The position numbers were made by a program, and so were the translations under genes. DNA of 64,000 bases, taken from positions 21,985 to 85,984 of the forward strand of contig CAVQQC010000020.1 in the NCBI GenBank assembly GCA_963714895.1. Direction: 5' to 3'. The stretch comes from Candidatus Sulfomarinibacteraceae bacterium (lineage in GTDB: Bacteria > Acidobacteriota > Thermoanaerobaculia > Thermoanaerobaculales > Sulfomarinibacteraceae). Below, piece by piece: positions 11,148 to 21,354 of the stretch (the stretch's first letter is position 1; the number at the start of each line of letters is the position of its first letter). Under the pieces are notes generated by a model that worked only from the letters and a program-made list of their open reading frames with translations, searched no databases and had not been told where the DNA came from.

Positions 11148-11178
11148 GATGTTGGATGTTGGATTGTTGATGTTGGAT
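11148..11178. repeat. Tandem heptamer array (GATGTTG)x4
   Basis: gatgttggatgttggattgttgatgttggat lies upstream of the GFA gene start. Confidence 0.85.
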
Positions 11179-11252
11179 CACCTTTGTCCAAAACAGCATC
11201 ATGGACTGCACCGGCTCACAGGTAGATTCCACTCACCCTTGGTGGGTCTGAA

Positions 11253-11322
11253 GGTGGGCCAAGGCCCACCCTACGTTGGGCCCTCATATCGAGCGAACTT
11301 GTAGGGTGGGCCTTGGCCCACC
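11253..11322. repeat. Pair of inverted REP-like palindromes, family C
   Basis: ggtgggccaaggcccaccctac (11253-11274) and its exact reverse complement gtagggtgggccttggcccacc (11301-11322). Each unit is itself a hairpin. Confidence 0.9.
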
Positions 11323-11358
11323 ATCAGAGCTATTGATCCATGCCGCGAGCAGCCATGG

Positions 11359-13500
11359 TCAACGCTGGGCGTCGATCCGTTGCTGCCAAACGGCTGCAGC
11401 CTCAGTGTCGCCGATCTCGCGGCAGGTTCGCGCCGCCACGAAGAGACTGATGGGGTTGGGATTGGCCTCGACCATGCGCTCGAGGGTCGAACGGGCCTGA
11501 TCGACCCGCCGCGTGACGTAGTAGACAACCGCCAGGTTGGTGTAGGCGGTCAGGTTCTCCGGGTACCAGGCGATCTCGGTCAGGAAATCCCTCTCGGCCT
11601 CGTCGAATCGTTCCAGACGGCCCATGAGATCGCCGCGCACCAGATGGAGGCGCGGGACCGGATCGAGATGTTGCGCCTCGAGTTCCTCGTCCGCGGCCTC
11701 GACCAGACCGAGGGCCTCGTCCACCCGGCCCTGGCCGGCGAGAACCTCCGCCAGGAACACGGCGCCGACCACCCGATGCAAGGGATCCTCCATCGCCAGC
11801 CTGGCCTCGGATTCAGCCGCGGTGAGGTTGCCTCGCGCGAACTCGATCCGTCCCAGCTGCAGATGGCCGGCGGCCGATCCGGCGGCGATACAGCGCCTCG
11901 CCCACACCTCCGCCTCGTCCCAGCGGCGAAGCCCCTGGTGGATCGCGGCGAGCGCGGCGCCGCACTTGGCGGTCAGCGACGGGTCGAGCTTGATGGTCTC
12001 TTTGTAAGCCGAGATCGCCTCCTCCAGGCGGCCGCTTGAATGGCTGATCGTGGCGAGTTGGAGCCAGCCGGCGGTGAAGCCCGGGTTTGCCGCCACCAGC
12101 TCTTGCAGGCGGGCCACCGCCTTGGCGGTGTTGCCTGCAGCCGCCAGCCCGGTGGCCTCGTTGAGGAGGTGGAGAGTCTCGATCCGGTCCTTGGGGTCCG
12201 CCAGCGGGCCCGCCGGCGTTGCCGCCACCTCGCCGACATAACCGAGGGCGCGGAGACGGTCGGCATCCACGGGGTCGATGTTCGGCGCCTCCTCGAGGGG
12301 ACGCACTTCTGGCGCGAGAACGGCAGCGAGCCGTTCCGCTTCGACGGGCAACTCCTCGATCAGATCGTTCTCTTCCGCCGGGTCGGCGACGACGTCGAAA
12401 AGCTCCGGGCGAGGGGCGGAGATCAAATGGTGGCGCCCGTCGATCAGCGACCACAGCTCGGACCACCCGAAGTGGATGCGGGGAACCCAGGTCTCGGCGA
12501 TGATCGCGCGTGAAGCGGCATCACCGGCCGGTCTGCCGAACAGGGACCGCCCGCGCTCGTCGGGCGGCGGCTCGATGCCCACCAACCGCGTCACCGTTGG
12601 CAGGACGTCGATCAGCTGCACCGGTTGGTCGACGGTCGTGGCGCCGAGGGCGCCGCCGGGGAGCCGGATGATCAGGGGCACCTGGATCGCCTCGCGGTAG
12701 AGGAAGATCCCGTGCTCGGCCTCACCGTGATCGCCGAGACCCTCGCCGTGGTCGGAAAGCAGCACGATGATCGCCCGGTCGTAGAGACCCATCTGTTTCA
12801 GGAAAGCCAGGAAGTCGCCGACATCGGCGTCCGCGGTGGCGATCTCACCGTCGTAGGCGAGCGGGTAGCGGCTGGCAAACGGCTCCGGTGGATCGTAGGG
12901 GGTGTGGGGCTCGAAGAGGTGGAGAAAATAGAAAAGCGGTTGGTCGGCATGCTCTCCGATCCAACTCTGCGCGGCCTTCACGGTGTCGCGGCCGACGCGT
13001 TCGAGGGCCGCGCCGGCGCCCTCGCCGGCGATCAGAAAGTCGTCGTCGTAGACGTCGAAGAGCGGTCCGAGACCGGTGCCGGCGCGCAGGACATAGGCCG
13101 ACACCGCGGCACCGGTCACGTAGCCCCCGGCCTCCAGCAGCGATGGAATGGTGGGGTGCCGGACGCCGTCAAAGGTGAAACCGAGGTTGTTGCGCACGCC
13201 GTGGTCGGCAGGGAGAACGCCGGTGAGTATCGACACGTGCGACGGCAGAGTGAGCGGCGAGTGGGAGTAGGCGCGCGAAAAAAGAACCGATTCGGCGCGC
13301 AGGCCGTCGATGTTCGGAGTCTCGACCCCGCGATAGCCATAGACCGGCAGGTGGTCGGAACGCAGGGTGTCGATCGAGATCAGGATGACCGGAGCGCCAG
13401 GGAAGCTGAGTTCGGTCTCCGAAGCGTCGGCGCCAACCTGCTGCCGTCGGCCGCCACACGAGACCCCAAACATGGCCAGGAGGGTCAGGGCCAAGCACAT
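11359..13500 (-). CDS. Sulfatase-family hydrolase fused to C-terminal TPR repeats
   Basis: VILISIDTLRSDHLPVYGY…SHSPLTLPSHVSILTG…LSDHGEGLGDHGE… are sulfatase motifs. The C-terminal half is TPR-like. The start is uncertain: ATG 13500 gives MCLALTLLAMFGVSCGG, and the ORF extends to 13584. Confidence 0.8.
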   Translation of the reverse strand: MCLALTLLAMFGVSCGGRRQQVGADASETELSFPGAPVILISIDTLRSDHLPVYGYRGVETPNIDGLRAESVLFSRAYSHSPLTLPSHVSILTGVLPADHGVRNNLGFTFDGVRHPTIPSLLEAGGYVTGAAVSAYVLRAGTGLGPLFDVYDDDFLIAGEGAGAALERVGRDTVKAAQSWIGEHADQPLFYFLHLFEPHTPYDPPEPFASRYPLAYDGEIATADADVGDFLAFLKQMGLYDRAIIVLLSDHGEGLGDHGEAEHGIFLYREAIQVPLIIRLPGGALGATTVDQPVQLIDVLPTVTRLVGIEPPPDERGRSLFGRPAGDAASRAIIAETWVPRIHFGWSELWSLIDGRHHLISAPRPELFDVVADPAEENDLIEELPVEAERLAAVLAPEVRPLEEAPNIDPVDADRLRALGYVGEVAATPAGPLADPKDRIETLHLLNEATGLAAAGNTAKAVARLQELVAANPGFTAGWLQLATISHSSGRLEEAISAYKETIKLDPSLTAKCGAALAAIHQGLRRWDEAEVWARRCIAAGSAAGHLQLGRIEFARGNLTAAESEARLAMEDPLHRVVGAVFLAEVLAGQGRVDEALGLVEAADEELEAQHLDPVPRLHLVRGDLMGRLERFDEAERDFLTEIAWYPENLTAYTNLAVVYYVTRRVDQARSTLERMVEANPNPISLFVAARTCREIGDTEAAAVWQQRIDAQR

Positions 13501-13675
13501 GATAAACGCCGGCTGTCCAATGATTTGGAGTCGGTTCACCGGTTCAAAAAGGGGCTGCCTCGACACGGCCTGGAATTGTAGCACCGCAGGTTCCCGTTCA
13601 ATCGTGCTATCGTTCGAACGATTTGTAAAAGTGCTTTTGAATCAATAATTTGAATACTTGCTCAAGGGAGGGAAA

Positions 13676-14143
13676 ATGCAAAATTCTCAAATCGCCCCGA
13701 CGGCTCTTTGCCTTGCACTCCTGGTGGTCACCCTGGGCTGTGGCGCGGGCACGACAACGGTCAGCGAAATGACAGTTCCTGTCCCCCCGCGCGACGGTGT
13801 CTTTATTCATGTCTCCCACGGTACCGACGATCCACACCGGGTCCTGATGGCCCTCAAAATGGCGGAACTGATGGCCGCCGACAAGGACGTGCTGGTCTAC
13901 TTCGACATCGAGGGCATCGAAGTCGTGCTCGCGGATGCACCGGATATCGGGTACGCCCAATTCCCCGCGTCGCAAATCCAGATCGCTCGCCTGCTCGAAC
14001 TCGGTGTTCCGATCTTCGCCTGTCCCGGGTGCATCCAGGCTGCTGGCAAGACCGCCGCCGATCTCGCGCCCGGGATCCAGGTGGCCGAAAAGGACGCGTT
14101 CTTCCAATTCACCGAGGGCCGGATCCTCACCCTCGACTACTGA
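13676..14143 (+). CDS. DsrE/DsrF-like family lipoprotein
   Basis: AGGGAGG Shine-Dalgarno plus ATG 13676. Lipobox LVVTLGCGAG. VFIHVSHGTDDPHRVLMALKMA…IFACPGCIQAAG resembles DsrE-like sulfur-relay or peroxiredoxin-like proteins. Confidence 0.65.
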   Translation: MQNSQIAPTALCLALLVVTLGCGAGTTTVSEMTVPVPPRDGVFIHVSHGTDDPHRVLMALKMAELMAADKDVLVYFDIEGIEVVLADAPDIGYAQFPASQIQIARLLELGVPIFACPGCIQAAGKTAADLAPGIQVAEKDAFFQFTEGRILTLDY

Positions 14144-14186
14144 GGCTCAGAATGGTGTAGCGGGACGGTCGGGCGGGGGTGCGCGT

Positions 14187-14534
14187 CTACCCGGGGTTGG
14201 CCTGGACCATCTCCGCCATGATCCGGTCGGCGTGGGCGGCATCGATCGACACGAAGGCGACCCCGACGTCGAAACCGCCCTCCTTGGCGGGCTTTTCCCA
14301 CACCACCCGACCGATCGCCTCCACGACCTCGTGGTCGACGGTGAGCATGAGTCGCAGATAGGAATCGATCCCCAATGACTCGATGCTGTTGATCATGAGA
14401 CCGCCGGGCCCCATCTGGCGGGCGGTGGCCATCTCGCGTTGTTCCGCCGGACCGATACGGTGAATCAGGACCACATTTTCGGTCGGGATTCTCGGAAACT
14501 GACGCCGTGTGGGTGTGAGTTCGTCCTCAAGCAT
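14187..14534 (-). CDS. PilZ domain-containing protein
   Basis: RRQFPRIPTE…GGLMINS…GRVVW…GVAFV matches the RxxxR … D/NxSxxG-type c-di-GMP-binding fold. Confidence 0.65.
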   Translation of the reverse strand: MLEDELTPTRRQFPRIPTENVVLIHRIGPAEQREMATARQMGPGGLMINSIESLGIDSYLRLMLTVDHEVVEAIGRVVWEKPAKEGGFDVGVAFVSIDAAHADRIMAEMVQANPG

Positions 14535-14585
14535 GCAGATACCTCACGCCCCATTGTACCGCGAAGCCGCTCACGAAGCCCGGCA

Positions 14586-14758
14586 ATTTCGGATTTCGGA
14601 TTTCGGATTTCGGATTTGACCTTTCCCCACCGTCGATCTACGAGGTGGAGGGGGTGGTGAAATCCACCTACCCGCTACCCGAATTGGTCATCACGCAACG
14701 AGGCGGGACGAGCGATGGAAAATCCGAAATCCGAAATCCGAAATCCGAAATCCGAATT
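14586..14758. repeat. Inverted pair of heptamer arrays: (ATTTCGG)x4.5 at 14586-14618 and (AAATCCG)x5.5 at 14720-14758
   Basis: The arms are perfectly complementary and could form a stem of about 33 bp around a 101-nt spacer. The right arm lies inside the 3' end of the ABC ATPase ORF. Confidence 0.9.
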
Positions 14759-15491
14759 CAGAGGAGGTGGGTCTGTCCTCGACGACGACCCCGTCGCGGA
14801 TCTCGACCATGCGGTTGGCGCGTCCGGCCAGCGCCTTGTCGTGGGTCACCACCACCAGGGTCCTGCCCTGTTTCCAGAGACCGTCGAGCACGCTCATCAC
14901 GTCCGAGCCCGACCCGGTGTCGAGGTTGCCGGTGGGCTCGTCGGCGAGCACGATGTCCGGCTCCATGGCCAGGGCGCGGGCGATGGCCACCCGTTGCATC
15001 TGCCCACCCGAGAGCTCGGTGGGTTTGTGCTCCACGCGATCCGCCAGGCCGACGGACTCGAGTTGCTCGAGGGCCCTTCGCCGCCGTTCTTTGCGGCCGA
15101 CGCCGCCGAAGAGAAGCGGCATCTCCACGTTTTCGAGGGCACTGAGTTGCGGCAGGAGGTTGAAGTTCTGAAAGACGAAGCCGACCCGCCGGTTGCGGAT
15201 GTCGGCCAACTGGTCGCGGTCGAGACCGGACACCGCCTCGCCCCCCAGCCGGTACTCACCATCGGACGGCGTGTCGAGGCAGCCGAGAAGGTTGAGCAAC
15301 GTCGACTTGCCGGAACCGGAGGGGCCGACCACCGCCACGAACTCCCCGCCCTTGACCACGAGATCGATCCCGCGCAGCGCCTCGACCTTGATCTTGCCGG
15401 TGTCGTAGACCTTGGTGATCGCGCTCATGTCGATGATGTGGCCGTTCGACTCCGCGACCCCGTTCTTCTTCTTGCCCAGTGACCAGTTCAT
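14691..15491 (-). CDS. ABC transporter ATP-binding protein (MacB/LolD-type)
   Basis: Walker A GPSGSGKST, signature LSGGQMQRVAIARAL, Walker B IVLADEPTGNLD. The last ~30 aa (…SSEFGFRISDFGFRIFHRSSRLVA) are encoded by the heptamer array. Confidence 0.9.
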   Translation of the reverse strand: MNWSLGKKKNGVAESNGHIIDMSAITKVYDTGKIKVEALRGIDLVVKGGEFVAVVGPSGSGKSTLLNLLGCLDTPSDGEYRLGGEAVSGLDRDQLADIRNRRVGFVFQNFNLLPQLSALENVEMPLLFGGVGRKERRRRALEQLESVGLADRVEHKPTELSGGQMQRVAIARALAMEPDIVLADEPTGNLDTGSGSDVMSVLDGLWKQGRTLVVVTHDKALAGRANRMVEIRDGVVVEDRPTSSEFGFRISDFGFRIFHRSSRLVA

Positions 15492-15532
15492 CGAGAACTC
15501 CGATTCTGATTGCAGACACGTGCGACTTCATA

Positions 15533-15642
15533 ATTTCGAATTTCGAATTTCGAATTTCGGATTTTTCCGCTACCCAACCGACCACGATACGGAACGGGGC
15601 TGGACCGGAAATTCGAAATCCGAAATCCGAAATCCGAAATAG
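15533..15642. repeat. Inverted pair of heptamer arrays: (ATTTCGA)x3-(ATTTCGG) at 15533-15565 and (GAAATCC)x4 at 15608-15642
   Basis: Located in the intercistronic gap between the permease and the ATPase, with a 42-nt spacer. Most arm mismatches become G-U pairs only in minus-strand (sense) RNA. Confidence 0.85.
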
Positions 15643-15651
15643 CGGTGGCCA

Positions 15652-16914
15652 TCACTCGTACCTCAGGGTTTCTGCAGGGTCCACCGTCGCGGCTCGTCGC
15701 GCTGGGAAATAGCCGGCGAGAATGCCGATGCCGCCGAGGATGGCGGCGGTCGCCGCCGCGATCTGCCACGACAGCGTCGGTTTACCGAGGAACTCCATCG
15801 CCTGGTTGCCCTCCACCGGGACCATGCCGAGAAGCAGGATCATCACCACCGCGAGGGCAAGACCGAGGGCGCCCCCGACCAGGGTGTAGGAGAGCCCCTG
15901 CAGGACAAAGGGACCGGTCACCCACCCGCGGCGCGCGCCGAGGGCCATCTGCACCCCGATCTCCCGCGTCTTCTCCTTGACGACCGCGTACATGATGTTG
16001 GCCACCCCGATGCCGCCGATGAGCAGGGTCAAGGCCCCGATGATGCCGAGAAACGCCTGCAACCCGATCATGATGTTGCCCATGACCTTGGCGCCCTCGA
16101 CGGTGTCCCACAGTCCGGTCACCTGTTCGTCGGTTGGATCGAAACGGAACTTGGCCGCCAGGGCCTGGTTGAACTGTTCGCGGGCCACCGGCATGTCCTC
16201 GGCGGTCCGCGCCTTGAAGACGATGTTGGTGAGCCGCTGCCGCCCGAACTGCGCCGCGAAGGTGGTGATGGGGATGACCGAGCCGTCTTCGTCGGGCCCC
16301 TTGTAGGTGCCCATCTGCATCTTGTGCTGGAGAACGCCGATCACCAGGTACGGTACACGGTCGACGAACATGGTTTTCCCCACCGGGTCCTGATCGCCGA
16401 AAATCTCTTTGGCCAGCGCATCTCCGAGGAAGATCACCCGCCGTTTCTCGCGTTCGTCGTTGGCGTTGAAGAACCGCCCGCCGGCCTGTGCGAAGTGGTG
16501 GCGTATCTCGCCGTACTCCCAGTTGGCGCCGGTCACCCTTCCGGTGATGGTGGTCGTGCCGTAGGTCATCGAGCTCGACCAGCTGGTCAACTCACCGATG
16601 ACGCCCGAAGCCGCGGTCATGCGGCCCCGGAGGTAGGTGATGTCGTCCATCCGCGGACGGATCGGACGACCTTCGGGCAACCCCTGCCACACCTTCGAGG
16701 TCTCGTCGGGCCACCACACCGCGATGTTTTCGCCCATGCCGCGGCGGCCCTTCATCAGTTGGATTTTGAGGCCTTCGCCGAAGGACAGCAGCATGATGAT
16801 CGCCACGGTCCCCCAGGCGATGGCGGCGACGGTCAAGGTGGCCCGCTTGCGTTGCAGCGATGAGGCCTTGACGAAGAGCGCGCCCACAACCCGCCAATCG
16901 AGGAGACTCATCAC
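15652..16914 (-). CDS. ABC transporter permease (FtsX/MacB-type)
   Basis: 420 aa. N-terminal TM, a large periplasmic domain, and a C-terminal FtsX 3-TM bundle (…KEKTREIGVQMALGARR…AGYFPARRAATVDPAETLRYE). Confidence 0.9.
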   Translation of the reverse strand: MMSLLDWRVVGALFVKASSLQRKRATLTVAAIAWGTVAIIMLLSFGEGLKIQLMKGRRGMGENIAVWWPDETSKVWQGLPEGRPIRPRMDDITYLRGRMTAASGVIGELTSWSSSMTYGTTTITGRVTGANWEYGEIRHHFAQAGGRFFNANDEREKRRVIFLGDALAKEIFGDQDPVGKTMFVDRVPYLVIGVLQHKMQMGTYKGPDEDGSVIPITTFAAQFGRQRLTNIVFKARTAEDMPVAREQFNQALAAKFRFDPTDEQVTGLWDTVEGAKVMGNIMIGLQAFLGIIGALTLLIGGIGVANIMYAVVKEKTREIGVQMALGARRGWVTGPFVLQGLSYTLVGGALGLALAVVMILLLGMVPVEGNQAMEFLGKPTLSWQIAAATAAILGGIGILAGYFPARRAATVDPAETLRYE

Positions 16915-16952
16915 GTCCTCCCCGTCGTTGTCGGGTTCGATTGGCGGGTCTC

Positions 16953-17066
<114 letters not shown>

Positions 17067-17082
17067 CATTCGATGCTCTCCT

Positions 17083-18317
17083 CTACAGTTTCATCGCCAC
17101 GACGGGGTCGAGCTGGGAAGCGCTTCGTGCCGGGAAGTAACCGGCCATCAGACCCACCAGACCGAGAATCGACGCGGTCATGATCGCGAGACCCGGCGAC
17201 AGCGTGGGCAGACCGACATACTCCTCGAGATTGGTGGGGAACGCCGAGCAGATCGCGAACGAAATGCCGAGACCGATGGCACCACCGATGGCGGTCAGGC
17301 ACATCGTCTCGAGCAGGAACTGACCGAGGACGGCGCGACCGCGTGCGCCGAGCGCCATCTTGATCCCGATCTCTCGGGTGCGCTCCTCGACCACGACATT
17401 CATGATGTTGGAGACGCCGATGCCGCCGACGATCAGGGTCAGCACGCCCATGATGCCGAGGAAGATCTGGAAACCGAGCATGAAGGCGTCCATGAAGACG
17501 AACATCTCGGTGGTGTCCCACAGCTGGATCGCCTGGTCGTCGTCGGGATGGAATCGCAGGCGGCGGCTGAGGGCGGTTCGCACCTGGTCGTTCAGCGCTC
17601 TCGTTGAGGTCAGGGTGACGGCGCCTTGTAGATGAAATTGTCGACATACTTCTGTCCGGTGAGGGCGCGGAAGGTCGACTCGGGGACGATCATCTTGGAA
17701 TGGTCGCGCCCCGAGTAGGACGAGTCCTGCTCTTTGGGCACGAGCACGCCGACCACCAGGAACGGCGACCCGTGGATCATGACCGTCTCGCCGACCGCGT
17801 CCTGGGTGCCGAACAGATCGTCGGCCAGCTCGTTGCCGACAAAGACCACGCGGCGGCGCTGCTCGACATCGATGGTCGTTGATGAACCGGCCGCCTACGG
17901 CCGGGATCATATTGCGCATCACGCCGTAGGCCGGCGACACCCCGGACATCGTGCACCGATCGCTGCCGGTCGCCGTAACGGGCGATCAGGCTCTGCGAGT
18001 ACTCGCTCGAGATGCCGTCGATGAGCGGCGACCTGCGCCTCGAGATAGTCGATGTCCTCCTCCATCATCCGCATCCGGCGTCCCTTGCCGAGACCCTCGA
18101 AGGTCATCGAGGTCCGCATCGGCCAGGCGATGACGATGCGGTCGCCGAGACCGGCGACGCTTTTGATCATCTGCCGGTGAAGCCCGTGGCCGAAGGCGAG
18201 CAGGAGGCTCACCGCCACCGTTCCCCAGATGATGCCGAAGGTCGTCAGGAAGGTGCGCAGCTTCTGGCTCCACAGATCGCGCGCCAGCTGCCGGAAAAAG
18301 GAACCGAAGCCGATCAT
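17083..18317 (-). pseudogene. Second ABC transporter permease (FtsX/MacB-type), frameshifted at least twice
   Basis: The N-terminus MIGFGSFFRQLARDLWSQKLRTFLT… is in the 17919-18377 frame. The middle part (…VFVGNELADDLFG…HGSPFLVVGVL…) is in the 17610-17849 frame. The FtsX C-terminus (…EERTREIGIKMALGARG…AGYFPARSASQLDPVVAMKL) is in the 17083 frame. Confidence 0.85.
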
Positions 18318-18335
18318 CCAGACGACTCCGCGTCT

Positions 18336-18444
<109 letters not shown>

Positions 18445-18445
18445 A

Positions 18446-19600
18446 TCAGCTGATTTCCTTCGGAGGCCTCTGAACGACCTCGTCGCCCTCCGACAACCCG
18501 GAGACGATCTCGACATTGAGGCCATCGGAGAGGCCGAGCTCGACGTCGATCTTGCTCGGCTCGGCCTCGGGGCCGTCACCCGGGAACTCGACAAAGGTCT
18601 GATCGTCTTCGAAGAGCACGAGACGCTCGGGGATGAGCACGATGTCGGTTTTTTCGCGGATCACGACATCGGCGTTGGCCGAGTAACCGGCGCGGAGGAT
18701 CACCTCCTGATCCGGGTCGAGCTCGATCTCGACATCGAAGAGGGTCGCGCCCTCGCTCTTCTGAGCCTGTGGCGCGATGCGCTGACCAGCGCCCCGTGAC
18801 GATGTCGTCGGGCAGGGCGCCGACCTTGATCCGGCACGGCATCCCGACCGAGATCTTGCCGACGTCGATCTCGTCCACGGTCCCCTTGAAGATCAGATCG
18901 CCCATATCGGCGACCGAGGCGAGTTCGGTGCCCGGCTGGTAGGAGGTCAGCGGGACCACCGGGTCACCGACGTTGACGGCCCGCGACAGCACGGTGCCGC
19001 TGGCCGTCGTGCGGATGAATGTCTCGACCTCGGTGTCGCCCCGGTCACCTCGACCACTTCGGGTCAGCTCGCGGTTGTCGAAGGCCTGCTGGCGGGCGAT
19101 CCGGGCCAGCTCGTAGATCTCGCGCAGGGCGTCGAGATCGCCCTTCGACATCAGTCCGTCTTGGTGCAGCTCGTCGCCGCGCTCGTAGTCCGCCTTGGCC
19201 TTGAGGAAGCTGGCCTCCGACGACTGCACTCCGTGATCGACGTTGAGGAGCTCCTGCGGGGTCGGGTCGGGTGCGATTTCGAAGAGTGCGATCACCGGCA
19301 CGGACCGTATCGCCGACCTCGACAAAGCAGCGCTTGACGATGCCCGAGATCTTCGACTTGACCTGGAACTTCTCGCGCGGTTCGATCTGACCCACCGCCA
19401 GCGCCTTCTCGGTGATCGAGCCGATCTCGGCCTCGACAGAGTGTTGCCGTTTTCGTCGGTGCCGCGCGACCCGACCCACGCGTAGATGCCGCCCGCCGCG
19501 CCCGCCACCACGATCACGATCACGAGAAGTCTCAGTACCTTTGCCAGTCCTGCCTCCGTCGCTCGAGCCGACCCACCACAAGTACGCAGGTTGACGAGCG
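18446..19600 (-). pseudogene. HlyD/MacA-family efflux periplasmic adaptor, frameshifted at least 3 times
   Basis: Fragments lie in three frames: a TM anchor (AKVLRLLVIVIVVAGAAGG), a lipoyl-like segment (…KFQVKSKISGIVKRCFVEVGDTVRAGD), a coiled coil, a beta-barrel (…DLIFKGTVDEIDVGKISVGMPCRIKV…) and a C-terminus (…ILRAGYSANADVVIREK…). The start codon is not resolved. Confidence 0.75.
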
Positions 19601-19765
19601 AGAAGTTCTCGGGAAAACGCCCCGGGTTCAGTTTCCGTTTCCCCGATTTATATGAGATGCAACAGACCGCAGAGAGGTTTGCATGGGGGCAGGTGGCAAG
19701 AGGCACGCGGCGGACAAGGGAGACAGGGCGAAAGGGAGACCGCCCGCCTGAAGGTCGGGTGCTGC

Positions 19766-19851
19766 GGAGGTGCCACTTGTCGCATTGTTTGGGATCGGCT
19801 CGTCAACCTGCCTCACGCACGAGGGGCAAACAATGCGACGGGTGGCTCCTC
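19766..19851 (+). repeat. Family-A hairpin element, copy 2
   Basis: GGAGGTGCCACTTGTCGCATTGTTTG … CAAACAATGCGACGGGTGGCTCCTC. The inner stem differs from copy 1 by paired changes (GAC/GTC becomes CGC/GCG). Confidence 0.8.
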
Positions 19852-19991
19852 TCGTGGTGAAGCGTTCAGAAAGACGGCGCACCACCAACGCAGAAAAAGG
19901 CAATTGTCGATCCAGGACCCCTGTTGCCCTGAACCCGGCTTGACAGGTTCACGGCGTGTCGGGGAATCTGGCACGCGGAGGAGGGCTCGTC

Positions 19992-21026
19992 ATGCGCAAG
20001 CACGTCACCCTGATCACCGGCGCCGGCGGCGAGATCGGCCACGGCCTGATCGAGCGCCTCGCGGCCGACGGCGACAGCCGCGATCATCACCATCGACCTC
20101 AAACCGCTCGAGCCCTGGGACTCGCGTCGAGTTCGTCGAGCAGGAGTATCATGGGCTCGATCCTCGAGACCCACCTGCTCGAGCGGATCCTCTCCGAGTA
20201 CGAGGTCGACACGATCTACCACCTCGCCGCGATCCTCTCGACCCGCGCCGAATTCACTCCGGTGACCGGTCACCAGGTCAACGTCGAGGGCACCCTCAAG
20301 CTGCTCGATTTCGCCCAGGCCCAGGGCGAGTCCCACGGCCGGGCCGTGGTCTTCCTCTATCCGTCATCGATTGCGGCCTACGGCCTGCCCGATCTCGAGA
20401 CCAAAGCGAGGGTGGCGGCGGTGCGCGAGCACGAGTGGAACAACCCGACCACGATGTACGGCTGCAACAAGCTCTACTGCGAGCACCTCGGCGCTACTTC
20501 GCCCACCACTACAAGCAGCTGGCCGCCGAGATCCTCTCCGGCAAGGTCGACTTCCGCGCCATTCGGTTTCCCGGGTCTGATCTCGGCGGTGACGGTGCCG
20601 TCGGGCGGCACCTCGGACTTCGCACCCGAGATGATCCACGCCGCGGCCCGAGGCGAGTCCTACGCCTGCTTCGTGCGCCCCGACACCCGAATCCCGTTCA
20701 TGGTGATGCCGGACGCGGTCGACGCCCTGGTCCAGCTCGCGCAGGCGGACGCCGGCGGCCTCAGCCAGAACGTCTACAACATCACAGCCTTCAACCCCTC
20801 GGCGGCCGAGATCCGCGATCTCGTGGTGGCCGGCTTCCCCGACGCCGAGATCACCTTCGAGCCGGATCTCAAACGGCAGGCCATCGTCGACAGCTGGCCG
20901 GCCGATGTCGACGACAGCGCCGCCCGCGCCGACTGGGGGCTGGCCCCCCGATACGATCTCGAACGCGGTTTTTCCGAGTTCCTGATCCCGCGGATCCGCG
21001 AACGGTACGGCGCCGCGGACCGGTGA
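19992..21026 (+). pseudogene. NAD-dependent epimerase/dehydratase (extended SDR, L-threonine 3-dehydrogenase-like), local frameshifts
   Basis: MRKHVTLITGAGGEIGHGL Rossmann motif; …YPSSIAAYG…MYGCNKLYCEHLG (YxxxK); conserved C-terminal half. Two short out-of-frame stretches lie near 20080-20150 and 20490-20560. Confidence 0.75.
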
Positions 21027-21202
21027 TGCGGCCACTTCGTGCCGATCGGCCGCGGGAGACGGGGAACCGGGGCCGGCGAGGCCTTCTCCTCTCGGGGACT
21101 GGAGTCGAGACGACCGCGACCCCCGCTCTCCCGGTCGAAGCCGACCCCTGCGAAATGACTCATTCCTGGACACTTCCGGGGCTCGGAAATTCTCTCCCAG
21201 AA

Positions 21203-21249
21203 CCACAAGATGTAGTGTTGACAAGGTTCGGGGACCCAATATATAGTGG
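21203..21249 (+). promoter_or_regulatory. Tandem NrdR boxes overlapping a sigma70-like promoter of the RNR gene
   Basis: Box 1 is CCACAAGATGTAGTGT (21203-21218). Box 2 is ACCCAATATATAGTGG (21234-21249). Both compare with the NrdR consensus acaCwAtATaTwgtgt, and their centres are 31 bp apart. TTGACA (21218-21223) and TATAGT (21242-21247) are separated by an 18-bp spacer. Confidence 0.7.
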
Positions 21250-21354
21250 GTCAAGTCGAGTGCTTAGAATCCGCGAACCGGTGATCCAAAACAGGTCTGT
21301 AGGGGGAGTTTTGCGCCGGATAGCGGCCACCGCAGGGGAGGTCGAGGGCAGCAT

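Noticed and set aside
14586-14758. Heptamer arrays as possible CRISPR arrays
   Set aside because: The units are 7-9 nt, directly tandem with no spacers, and no cas genes are present. They are microsatellite or STRR-like repeats, not CRISPR.
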